DNA from: a virus
Taxonomy: Duplodnaviria > Caudoviricetes
Direction: 5' to 3' (one strand)
DNA length: 64,000 nt
Virus record (IMG/VR): IMGVR_UViG_3300028048_003161
The notes under the pieces are model-generated. The model had not been told where the DNA came from. It saw only the letters and a list, made by a program, of their open reading frames with translations, and made no database searches. Shown here piece after piece: positions 41,077 through 49,871 of the stretch (positions are counted from its first letter, which is position 1; each line of letters starts with the position of its first letter). The position numbers and the translations under genes are program-made.

Positions 41077-42465
41077 ATGAACATGAGTAGAGCAAGGACA
41101 CAGTATAAACTTGTTGGAAGATACTTAAATGGTAATGACACTAAATACTATGGTTTAGTATCAGAGGATAATAAACAGGTTAAATATACAAGTGAGCAAA
41201 TGGCATTTGCTGTAGGTAGAGAACAAGTAATAAATGTTAAAGCACAGTTATATAATGGCAAAGTACTGTTTAGAGGAACAGACTGTGACATTAGAAATTT
41301 ACCTACTATACAATTGAATAATAATGTAGTAACTAAGGTAAGTAATAGTAAGAAAAAAGAAATAACTAAAACTACAATGACAAAAGAACTATATATGATA
41401 ATTTGTAGTAACAAAAGTATAGGTATACTCGAAGATTACTTATTTTCATGCAAGTACAATGATGAAAATAACTCTATGTATATTACTGAACAGTACAAGC
41501 ATTCATATGGAAGTGATTTAACACAATATTTCTTTGGTGATGACGAAAAAGTACAAAGGTTTATACTGACAGATGATAATGATTATTTCTATTTAAAATA
41601 TGCAGACACTAATGAAACACTAGTAAAGACTAAAGATAAAATGCTAATTCTAAATTTATTAAATATAACAGACAAGCAAATAAAATCGGTATCAACACTA
41701 GAAGATTCATTGGATTTTATAAAACAGTCTTTTTCAGACTTCTGTGGGTCAGCAAATTATGCAGTTATTACATCTGCAATGCGAGGAGAAGATTATCAAA
41801 GCTTTAGCTTTGATACAGCATTACAGTTAATGGAAATATGTATAATGGAAATGAAGTATGTAAATATTACGAAGAATAAAAGTTTAGACAGTACATATAA
41901 GAGCTACATATTTAGAGGACAAGGAATACAGAAAGGAAGTATTGAGGACCATTCATTTAAGAGTACTACAACAAGTTTAAATGTTGCAAAAGAATATGGA
42001 AAAAATGGCATTATACTTGCAATTAAAAATGTAAAGATACGTGATATTATAAATGTACAAAGCGTAGCAGGATATGATAAAGATTTTATTTACTACGAAC
42101 ATGAATTATTATTAAGGGACTTTAGTATTTTACATATTGAAAATCAAATAGGTGTAATATCAAATATTCCTGTATATTCAGCTAGACTAGAAATGCCTGA
42201 CTACACTACTAGATTAAAGATGATACTAAAACAATTCACTGATGCATATGGAAAAAATGTACAGTTCGAAATCATTAAGCTTATACTAGGTAATCTAAAA
42301 TCACTATGTAACATAACTATAAATTGGGATGGTCTAGAATTAGAGGCACTAAATGGTAATTTTGTGAATATAGCATTCACAAATGATAAAAACACAATTA
42401 TAATAGATGATATAACATATAATAATTATGATGTGATAAATGTATTAAGAAACAAACTAATGTAA
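41077..42465 (+). CDS. ADP-ribosyltransferase (R-S-E, VIP2/C3-like) with shared N-terminal module
   Basis: IFRG, FKSTTTSLNVAKEY, EHELLL catalytic pattern. Confidence 0.75.
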   Translation: MNMSRARTQYKLVGRYLNGNDTKYYGLVSEDNKQVKYTSEQMAFAVGREQVINVKAQLYNGKVLFRGTDCDIRNLPTIQLNNNVVTKVSNSKKKEITKTTMTKELYMIICSNKSIGILEDYLFSCKYNDENNSMYITEQYKHSYGSDLTQYFFGDDEKVQRFILTDDNDYFYLKYADTNETLVKTKDKMLILNLLNITDKQIKSVSTLEDSLDFIKQSFSDFCGSANYAVITSAMRGEDYQSFSFDTALQLMEICIMEMKYVNITKNKSLDSTYKSYIFRGQGIQKGSIEDHSFKSTTTSLNVAKEYGKNGIILAIKNVKIRDIINVQSVAGYDKDFIYYEHELLLRDFSILHIENQIGVISNIPVYSARLEMPDYTTRLKMILKQFTDAYGKNVQFEIIKLILGNLKSLCNITINWDGLELEALNGNFVNIAFTNDKNTIIIDDITYNNYDVINVLRNKLM

Positions 42466-42602
42466 ACAAGTAATTGTATAAAGAAACATTACAAGGATTC
42501 ACTTTTAGATTAAATCAGCAGGGCATAAAAAGGAGAGGCATAGCAAGTAAGGCATAGTTAAGTAGAATTAGACATTAAACATTATGAAAGGAGCACTAGC
42601 AG

Positions 42603-43169
42603 ATGATAGTTTATCATGGTAGTAACAGCAACTTCAGGAAGTTAAAAATAAGCAAGTCCTTGGTTAAGCATACTAGTACATTGGGTAATGAGGGGTTAGG
42701 AATTTATTTCAGTACAGATCCAAGTGTAGCTAATTCATATGGAAAATACTTATATACATTGGAGATAAATGACAGAGCCTTTGTTGATATGAGAAAGAAA
42801 ACAAATTGTACAAAATACATTAGGAAAATAATAGGAGCAGTTTACAAGGAAACAGGTGTCAATATAGGTATGTATTTTGACTTTCAATCTACTATAGACA
42901 GACTCTATTATGGTGGACAAGCAGTGTTTTCAGTAGGGCATGACATAGCTGAAGTGCTAGATAACACAGATGAATTTTATGATAGTGGTTTAAGTCAAAC
43001 AAAGAAAAGCAATGTTTATAGAGTATTAAGACATATGGACAAGGAATGTCCTAAAGCTTATATGTTTAATTATCACATTAAGAACATTGGAGTTATAAAG
43101 GATGTCTCTGAAGAATATGTGAGAATCATTAAAAGAGAAAACATAGGCTTTGGAGTAATAAGTGGGTAA
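42603..43169 (+). CDS. ADP-ribosyltransferase-fold protein (H-Y clade, DUF3990/PolyVal-ART-like)
   Basis: VYHGS, G.GIYFS, A.SYG. Confidence 0.7.
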   Translation: MIVYHGSNSNFRKLKISKSLVKHTSTLGNEGLGIYFSTDPSVANSYGKYLYTLEINDRAFVDMRKKTNCTKYIRKIIGAVYKETGVNIGMYFDFQSTIDRLYYGGQAVFSVGHDIAEVLDNTDEFYDSGLSQTKKSNVYRVLRHMDKECPKAYMFNYHIKNIGVIKDVSEEYVRIIKRENIGFGVISG

Positions 43170-43233
43170 CAATTAGACATGAAAAGAGGCATTTGGAAAT
43201 CAGAAAGGCACATGTGAGAAAGAGGTATTTGAC

Positions 43234-44112
43234 ATGAAAATTTTAGTTGTAGTCACTAACATATTTGTGTTTCTCGAGGAAACATCAGTGATTAAACAGT
43301 TAGGTTTAGCAAGGAACAGGGTTTATTATACAATCAATCCTAATTATGTTAAGTCAAGAACAACTAAAAACAACTTAATACATGATATTAACAGACTTGG
43401 TCTTGGTTTAGAATATATAACATGGGGCAGAATAAATGAGAGTACCTGGGATGTAATGTTATGTTCATCATATGCAGGTGATGGTACATATGAGAAATTG
43501 ATTAATACAAGAGTAAAAGTGAATGTACTCGTAGAGGATGGTAGCTATGACTACTTCACAGAGAATGTGTCGCATCCTGATTTTGTAAGGGGAAAGAATT
43601 TGTTTTTGTTTAGACCTCAAAACAGTGTGGCTGGTAGCATTTACAGATCAGTAAGACCTATAAAAATTGATGCTGATATGCAAAGAAGAATTATGAGTTT
43701 GTACAGTGATCAATTGAATGTCTTTAATAGATTACCTAATGGGTCATGTATTTTGTTTACTAGTCCATTGGAATCAGACTTTGGTATCATGGATCATGAG
43801 AAACAGGCAGTTGAGTTTATGGAAAAGAACTTTAGAAATAGAGTAGTAATACTTAAGAAACATCCAAGAGACTTAAGTGAGTACAAGTCAAGGCATCTTG
43901 ACATTGTGGAATGTAGCACTAATGTCCCTGGTCAGATACTTGATATTTTGTTTAATGGACCTAAGGTATTTACTTTCCCTTCAACAATATGTTTTATGAG
44001 TGGTAAGGTAAATGATATGCTTTTATTAAGAATGAAAACACATAATAAAAATTACAATGACTTCTATGAAAAAGTAGGTAGACTAAATTGTTTTAGGACA
44101 GTCATGATTTAG
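43234..44112 (+). CDS. GT-B sialyltransferase-like glycosyltransferase
   Basis: VEDG..DY and KKHPRD, the (D/E)(D/E)G and HP motifs of bacterial sialyltransferases; FPST. Confidence 0.65.
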   Translation: MKILVVVTNIFVFLEETSVIKQLGLARNRVYYTINPNYVKSRTTKNNLIHDINRLGLGLEYITWGRINESTWDVMLCSSYAGDGTYEKLINTRVKVNVLVEDGSYDYFTENVSHPDFVRGKNLFLFRPQNSVAGSIYRSVRPIKIDADMQRRIMSLYSDQLNVFNRLPNGSCILFTSPLESDFGIMDHEKQAVEFMEKNFRNRVVILKKHPRDLSEYKSRHLDIVECSTNVPGQILDILFNGPKVFTFPSTICFMSGKVNDMLLLRMKTHNKNYNDFYEKVGRLNCFRTVMI

Positions 44113-44138
44113 AAAAAGTAAGCATGGAGGCTTAGACA

Positions 44139-44564
44139 ATGGGCATATTTGAAATGTTTAGTAGCAGAAAAGATTACAAGAGAGAAGAAGAGATTGAACG
44201 TAGTAGGTCTGGAATAATACAAGAGGTTGAGAGAGGAAACCTTAGTATGAAAGACCTAGACAGGAGACAAAAGTTGTGCAACAAGATTGTTACTGTAGAA
44301 AAGACAGGTAAGATTGGTCAATGTCATATAGTTGCAGTAGTGATTAGCATGGCAGATGGTGACGACTACATAGTAGAGGATTGTACAGGTAAGAGGTTTA
44401 TTGTTGATAAGGCATCAACTTTTGAATTAGCAAAGAATAAAAAGATTGAAAACATTAAGTTTGTGAAAGATCACATTCAAGGTTATAATGGTTTTAGGTT
44501 GGGTTCATTACCTCATGTCTATTATAAAGAGGCATTGGAAATGTTAAAACAACATAAAAAATAA
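44139..44564 (+). CDS. hypothetical protein carrying the shared module
   Basis: IVAV...YIVEDCTGK...TFELAKNKKIENIK...RLGSLP. Confidence 0.65.
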   Translation: MGIFEMFSSRKDYKREEEIERSRSGIIQEVERGNLSMKDLDRRQKLCNKIVTVEKTGKIGQCHIVAVVISMADGDDYIVEDCTGKRFIVDKASTFELAKNKKIENIKFVKDHIQGYNGFRLGSLPHVYYKEALEMLKQHKK

Positions 44565-44600
44565 AAGAAAGGATAATGAAACAAAAGGAGGAAAGACATA

Positions 44601-45662
44601 GTGAAGAAAAGGCTAGTAATTTTAGGAGTGATTTGTACAATGTTGTTTAGTTGTACAGCTTGTTCAGATTCAAGTTCAACATTGAATGGAGCAGTTGATG
44701 CAAGTGTAAGTAGTGGTTCAAATGCATTTGGTGTTGCTGAGAAAAGTGAAAGCAGTGATAATTACGAATATGACAGTGGAGATAGTGATTATGACAGCAA
44801 TAGTGATGAGAGCGACACAGGTGATAATGAGAACAACAGCAAGACTGAAGAGGCAAACATTGACACAAAGGCTAAAAACATTAATGATAAACTAGTATAC
44901 AGTTATGATATTGAGTATACAGTTTATGGAGAAAAGAATAAGAACAAAGCAATTAAGAAAGTAGATGATGCAATTGAAAATTACAATGGCTTCATTGAAA
45001 ATTCAACTAGTTCAGAGTATAATTGCAGAGTGACAGTAAGAATCCCTAGTGAATACAGAGATAAGTTTGTTGAGGCATTAACAAACAAGTTAGATAAAGA
45101 GAATTATAGGATAAACAAGCAGGTTGAGAATTTGAAGTCAACATATGCTGATTACAAGAGACAGTATGAGATTGCTAAATCAAATTATGAAGCATACAGT
45201 AAATTGTTAAAGCAGGCAGATGAATTAAAAGATGTGCTTGAGATAACTAATTATGTGAACACTGCTAAACAAACAATGGACGATATGGAAAGACAGATGC
45301 AGGATATTGATACTGATGTAGCATATTCAACTATTGTGGTAGACATTAACTTTAATAGTGATGACATTAGGAGGTCAGAAGATGAGCCATTGATAAATCA
45401 AGCAATACATGCCTTTAAAGATGGAATAAGATCATTCTTTTTATTGATTGTTAATTTATTGTTATTCATTATTGGTAATCTGTTATACTTATTAGTATTT
45501 GGTTTAATCATTTGGTTTATTGTGGCTAAACACAAGAAGAAAAAGAGACAGAAACAAGAAAAGAATTCAGCAGTGGAAAATAAAGAAAGCACAGAGAATG
45601 AGAAAGCAAATACATCTGAAGTTGAAACAATTACAGTGGATATGAATGAGAACAGTAAATAA
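44601..45662 (+). CDS. DUF4349-like lipoprotein
   Basis: Lipobox CTAC, acidic linker, TVRIP, DVAYSTI, C-terminal TM. Confidence 0.75.
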   Translation: MKKRLVILGVICTMLFSCTACSDSSSTLNGAVDASVSSGSNAFGVAEKSESSDNYEYDSGDSDYDSNSDESDTGDNENNSKTEEANIDTKAKNINDKLVYSYDIEYTVYGEKNKNKAIKKVDDAIENYNGFIENSTSSEYNCRVTVRIPSEYRDKFVEALTNKLDKENYRINKQVENLKSTYADYKRQYEIAKSNYEAYSKLLKQADELKDVLEITNYVNTAKQTMDDMERQMQDIDTDVAYSTIVVDINFNSDDIRRSEDEPLINQAIHAFKDGIRSFFLLIVNLLLFIIGNLLYLLVFGLIIWFIVAKHKKKKRQKQEKNSAVENKESTENEKANTSEVETITVDMNENSK

Positions 45663-45681
45663 TTAAATACAACATATAAGT

Positions 45682-45752
45682 AAAAGACATATACATTTGG
45701 TTTAGTGTATATGTCTTTTTATATTGAAAAATAGGGTAATAAGTGTTATAAT
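45682..45752 (+). promoter_or_regulatory. terminator followed by a sigma-A promoter for the NADAR gene
   Basis: AAAAGACATATACA...TGTATATGTCTTTTT; TTGAAA-17-TATAAT at 45724-45752. Confidence 0.7.
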
Positions 45753-45783
45753 ATAAGTAAAGAGTTAGGAAAGGAGATAAGAC

Positions 45784-46263
45784 ATGATCAAGTTCAGTCG
45801 GGCGCATGGTAAATACGCGTGTTTCAGTAATTTTTATCCTTGTGAGATTTTGTTCGGTGGTATGCACTTCAAGAACAGTGAAGCAGCTTGGCAGGCATTA
45901 AAGACACTTGATGAGAATGAGAGACTTTCATTTCAGAATTTAGGACCTTCTGAAGCAAAGAAAAAGGGAAGAAGTGTTAAGTTGAGAGAAGATTGGGAAC
46001 TTGTTAAGTACAAGTTGATGGTTGCAGTCTGCTTGGCTAAGTTTAGGCAAAATCCTGATTTAGGAAAGATTCTGCTTGAGACAGGCGATGAGGAGATTCA
46101 GGAGAACACTACAGGTTGGCATGACAACATCTGGGGTCATTGTGAGTGTCCTAAGTGCAGAGATAAGAGTTACACTAACTTACTTGGTAAAGCACTCATG
46201 GAGGTCAGAGACTTTCTGAAAACAATGGATGACATGGGAAAAGGTTGGAAAGTAGAAGACTAA
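45784..46263 (+). CDS. NADAR family protein (YbiA-like)
   Basis: FSNFY, SEAAWQA.K, AKKKGR.V.LREDW, AKFRQN, LLETG, DNIWG, NLLGKALMEVR. Confidence 0.93.
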   Translation: MIKFSRAHGKYACFSNFYPCEILFGGMHFKNSEAAWQALKTLDENERLSFQNLGPSEAKKKGRSVKLREDWELVKYKLMVAVCLAKFRQNPDLGKILLETGDEEIQENTTGWHDNIWGHCECPKCRDKSYTNLLGKALMEVRDFLKTMDDMGKGWKVED

Positions 46264-46293
46264 ACAGTAGAGAAAAGGAATAGGACAGTTAAA

Positions 46294-46950
46294 ATGAAAA
46301 ACAAGACATGAAGAAAGAACAAACTTGTCATGGTAGTTGCAATTTGTTTAATGATGTGTACACTGGTTGGTGGTTGCGGTATCCTTGATTCAAAGGTAAA
46401 TGACATTAAAGGTAAGCTTGTAGGAAATGACTACAACATTTACTTTTATGATAACTTTGGTAACAAGACAGGGTTTGTGTCAGGTGAAAAAGTAGGTATG
46501 ACGGGTAATCCGATTAAGGTGCAGAGTGTATCTGATAGCGGAGACATCATTACTACATATCAGCTCTCATCAATTATTACACTTAACATTGATGGTCATG
46601 AACTGGAGACTTGTGGAGATACAATGATCTGTGCTCAGAAAGGACTTGAGCCTGATGTAGATTTTAAGTCATCTGATATTATCAGTGAGTCATCAGGAAA
46701 ATTAACAGACAATGCTGCAATTTCAGGGTTTGTCAATAAGTACAAGAATATGTTTGGCAAGTCACGTGTAATTGTGGTTAAGTCACAGTTAGGACAACCT
46801 ATTACAGCATATTCAGGAGAAAAGGTCTATTGGGAGGCTCCTGAGGACCTTCCTAAAATGACAAAGCTTATGATTGATGGTAAGGCTTTATATGTGCATA
46901 GAGATAACTTTCAGATTATAGATAAAGGCTTATTGAAAAATGCAGAATAA
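46294..46950 (+). CDS. DUF5052-like lipoprotein; signal n-region interrupted by TGA at 46309
   Basis: Lipobox VGGC; KSQLGQPI.AYSG, LPK.TKLMIDGKALYVHR.NFQIID. Confidence 0.7.
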
Positions 46951-46963
46951 GCACTAAGGCAGA

Positions 46964-47001
46964 GCACCCTGCAGTGAAAACTGTGGGGTGTAATTTTGTT
47001 T
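46964..47001 (+). terminator. Rho-independent terminator
   Basis: GCACCCTGCAG-tgaaaa-CTGTGGGGTGT followed by a T-rich tail. Confidence 0.75.
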
Positions 47002-47066
47002 ATAGCTGTGGCATTGATAAAAATTGGGTATGCAGTATAAGATGTGCATTGGTAATTTTAGGTATA

Positions 47067-47095
47067 TTGACAATTTATTAAATTTGTGATATAAT
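47067..47095 (+). promoter_or_regulatory. consensus sigma-A promoter
   Basis: TTGACA-17-TATAAT with TGn. Confidence 0.85.
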
Positions 47096-47273
47096 ATGGT
47101 AAATGAAAGACCTTATGTAAGAAAGAAAGTTGACTAGCCACAAAGTAAGAAAATACATAATTTTTGAGTGACATGCATATGTCAAAAAATTAGATATGCA
47201 GTGGGGTCAAAATTGGGTACGACATAGGAGTTAAAAAATTAAAAATTTTTAATAGGTTGGAGGTACATATGAT

Positions 47274-47603
47274 ATGCTAGTGGACATTAAGGAAGTGAGG
47301 GATGGACTAAGGATAAGAGGGGCAACACCTTGGAAATCTTTTGACTATGGTGTTTGTGATGACTACACTTAGGTACTGGAGAAATACAAAGAGGAAATTA
47401 AGAGTAACAAGAAATATGTGGTTGTGTTACAGGTCATTCATAAACAAGGGAAATCTAGTTTAGATGGGTGGAAATGGAGTAAGCATGGTCCATATATTGG
47501 TAAGCAGAAACAAGAAGCAGAGTACTTGTTTAATGAACCTTTAATCACAGAGGTTTATGAATATAGCATTTTTGAATTAGGAGGACATGAAAATGAAAAG
47601 TAA
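47274..47603 (+). pseudogene. small phage-type hypothetical gene with internal TAG (47370)
   Basis: GGAGGT RBS; MLVDIKEV...YGVCDDYT*VLEKYK... in frame with ORF 47418 (GWKWSKHGPYIG). Confidence 0.6.
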
Positions 47604-47952
47604 AAGCAATGTAGCAGGAAGAATGAAAAGTAAAAGCAATGTAGCAGGAAGAATGGACAGCAAGATTGTTGCAATGAACAACAGAAGAAAAGTAACTGAC
47701 ATGAGCGAAGAGAATAAGAGACAGGCATGGAAATGGATTGGTATTTTTGTAGGTGTTATGTTACTTTTGATTGTAGGTGGTTACTTTGCAGTTCCTGCAA
47801 TCAGACAGGCAGAAATAGGTGTTTGGCAGGCATTTATGAGAAAGTCAATTGGAGACAAAGTTGACTGCATCTTGATTGTTGTTTGTGCATTTGCATTTTT
47901 AATTTCAATCAATAGGACATTAAGAAAGGCAAGGCTCAACAGAGGGAAATAA
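47587..47952 (+). CDS. two-TM membrane protein with a 30-bp tandem duplication
   Basis: MKSKSNVAGR x2; two hydrophobic helices. Confidence 0.65.
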   Translation: MKMKSKSNVAGRMKSKSNVAGRMDSKIVAMNNRRKVTDMSEENKRQAWKWIGIFVGVMLLLIVGGYFAVPAIRQAEIGVWQAFMRKSIGDKVDCILIVVCAFAFLISINRTLRKARLNRGK

Positions 47953-48010
47953 AGGCAAGCAATAGAAAAATAAAGAGATTGCAATTAAAATAAAATAATA
48001 ACATTATTAA

Positions 48011-48052
48011 GAAACTAGTATACACAGCAATTTGGCGTATACTAGTTTTTCA
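48011..48052 (+). terminator. Rho-independent terminator
   Basis: AAACTAGTATAC...GTATACTAGTTTTT. Confidence 0.75.
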
Positions 48053-48206
48053 ATTTTATTGTAACTATAGGTGTACATGTGTATAAACTGGGCATACATT
48101 ATGGTTTATCTAAAGGAATATTAAATATAGGATTGACCCTCCTGTTGGCATAAAGTGGAAACAGAAATAAGTTTTTATTTATTTTTAATTTATGGGAGGT
48201 ATCTTT

Positions 48207-48935
48207 ATGTATATACTTGTTGCACGTATATTTGACAAGAGGGAGCTTGTTGGATATAAGATGAAAGACATGACAAATGGGGAGGCTCATCTTGTCACAA
48301 AAGGGGATGCATGTAGATTAGCAGCTAATGAGCAAATAGTTGATGTCAAGTGCATTCAGTCAAAATTAGGTTCAGATAGTTTAGTAAGTACTGGCAGTAC
48401 TAGATTGAGGGATTTGCCTAGGATTGATGCAAAGGACATTAAGAAAAAGTCAGTATCATCTAGTAAGTTCAAATACAGTGATAGGATAGCGTGTGTGATT
48501 AGGGATACCTGTAATAATAGAAAAATGAACACAGTGTATACAGAATCACACATTAAGGAAATTATTAAACAGGATGTAAATAGGGGAGTCATTGATATAA
48601 GTGAAAAGAACTCATTAAGTATGGGTATACTCATTAGAAAATGTGGGAGCAATGAGTATATGGTGCTTAATGAAAATGATTATGACCTGCCTTTTCATAG
48701 AATAGCAGATGATAAGGATAAAATAAAGCAAGTTGAGACATTGGGTAGCCATGATCAGCAGTTATTAAGTAAAGGTGAACTTGTATTATTGAGTTCTAAT
48801 CCTAAAATAAATTGTATATTCAGTAATGCACTTGTGATAGGTCCTACTAAATTTAGTAGATACACAGGTGGTTTAGAGGATTGGCTGAATCAGTTTAGTA
48901 TAGTATTTGGAAATAATGACGGACAGGATATATAA
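48207..48935 (+). CDS. hypothetical protein with shared N-terminal module
   Basis: YILVARIF..GYKMKD..GE..VTK...LA..EQIVDVK...RLRDLP; GGAGG RBS. Confidence 0.7.
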   Translation: MYILVARIFDKRELVGYKMKDMTNGEAHLVTKGDACRLAANEQIVDVKCIQSKLGSDSLVSTGSTRLRDLPRIDAKDIKKKSVSSSKFKYSDRIACVIRDTCNNRKMNTVYTESHIKEIIKQDVNRGVIDISEKNSLSMGILIRKCGSNEYMVLNENDYDLPFHRIADDKDKIKQVETLGSHDQQLLSKGELVLLSSNPKINCIFSNALVIGPTKFSRYTGGLEDWLNQFSIVFGNNDGQDI

Positions 48936-49000
48936 TATTACATAAACTAGACAAGTTATGAAAAGAGTAGTACAGTGGAAAATAAAATGAACATTAGATG

Positions 49001-49090
49001 ATTAAGCTTTACTTATAATAATTTAAGTAGGGCTTAATTTTTTAGATTTTGGGCATCAGTATTGACAAAATAGGGTTTATGTGGTAATAT
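49001..49090 (+). promoter_or_regulatory. terminator followed by a sigma-A promoter
   Basis: ATTAAGCTTTACTTA...TAAGTAGGGCTTAATTTTT; TTGACA(49062)-17-TAATAT. Confidence 0.6.
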
Positions 49091-49180
49091 AATATTTGTA
49101 GTTAAGAAGTAAATATGTAGTACGTAGTCTTAATTACTCTACAAAATTTAGTGCGTGAGAAACGCAAGGAGGACAGTGCT

Positions 49181-49507
49181 ATGGCATTTGAAAACGAAAT
49201 CAATGAACAGGTGGCTCAGATCGACAAGAATAATCGTGGAGATTACATGGTAGTTTCTAAGATCACCAACAAGAACACAGGAACAGTGAGTGCAGACATT
49301 AGACAGTTTTACACTGACGAAAATGGAAAGGTAGCTCCTACTCGAAAGGGTACCCGTGTCAACACAGAAATCTTACCTGACGTGATTAAAGCATTACTTC
49401 AGATTCTGGAGCCTGATGAACTGGAGGACATTGGAGAGTTTGTCGAAAACATGGGTGCTGATGAACTTGAGGATCCTGAGGACACTACAGAAGAGGAAGA
49501 GGCATAA
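49181..49507 (+). CDS. PC4/YdbC-family ssDNA-binding protein with acidic tail
   Basis: DIRQFYTDENGKVAPTRKG matches the PC4 core; D/E-rich C-terminus; AAGGAGG RBS. Confidence 0.75.
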   Translation: MAFENEINEQVAQIDKNNRGDYMVVSKITNKNTGTVSADIRQFYTDENGKVAPTRKGTRVNTEILPDVIKALLQILEPDELEDIGEFVENMGADELEDPEDTTEEEEA

Positions 49508-49781
49508 GCCTCAATGTAGAAATAGGAGATGCAGGTCATTAAATCTTAAATTGACATTGTGTATGATTGAAATTACATAAAACAAGGTAATCATTTATGG
49601 TTGTGATTGTCTTGGTATAAACCGACTAACAACATATGTGATTGAGATTGTAGACATTGGAAATTTTAAGGTTTATCCTTTAAGAAGAAAAATTGAATAT
49701 TGTGGACTTCTGACATAACTAGGAAAGCAGAGTTGGTGACTGATTGAACAGTTTAAGCAGAGGTCAAAGCTGCGGAAAAAA

Positions 49782-49823
49782 GTAAGGGAACAGTACTTAA
49801 TTGTATTGTTTCCTTATTTTTTG
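49782..49823 (+). terminator. Rho-independent terminator
   Basis: GTAAGGGAACAGTAC...GTATTGTTTCCTTATTTTTT. Confidence 0.7.
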
Positions 49824-49871
49824 CATTAAAATAAAAATAAGGAAATTTATTTTAATTAGGAGTGTGGTAAA

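Noticed and set aside
46309-47372. Stop-codon reassignment (TAG=Gln or TGA=Trp) as the cause of the internal stops
   Set aside because: TAG ends clearly complete genes (uvrD 25971, rnhA 39315, tadC 60304), and standard-code coding density is already high.
47592-47655. 30-bp tandem duplication in a membrane protein gene
   Set aside because: Simple in-frame duplication with no sign of wider significance.
49530-49720. Possible small gene or ncRNA after the PC4-like gene (MIEIT*NKVIIYGCDC...)
   Set aside because: Interrupted frame, no convincing RBS and no recognisable RNA structure; cannot be supported.
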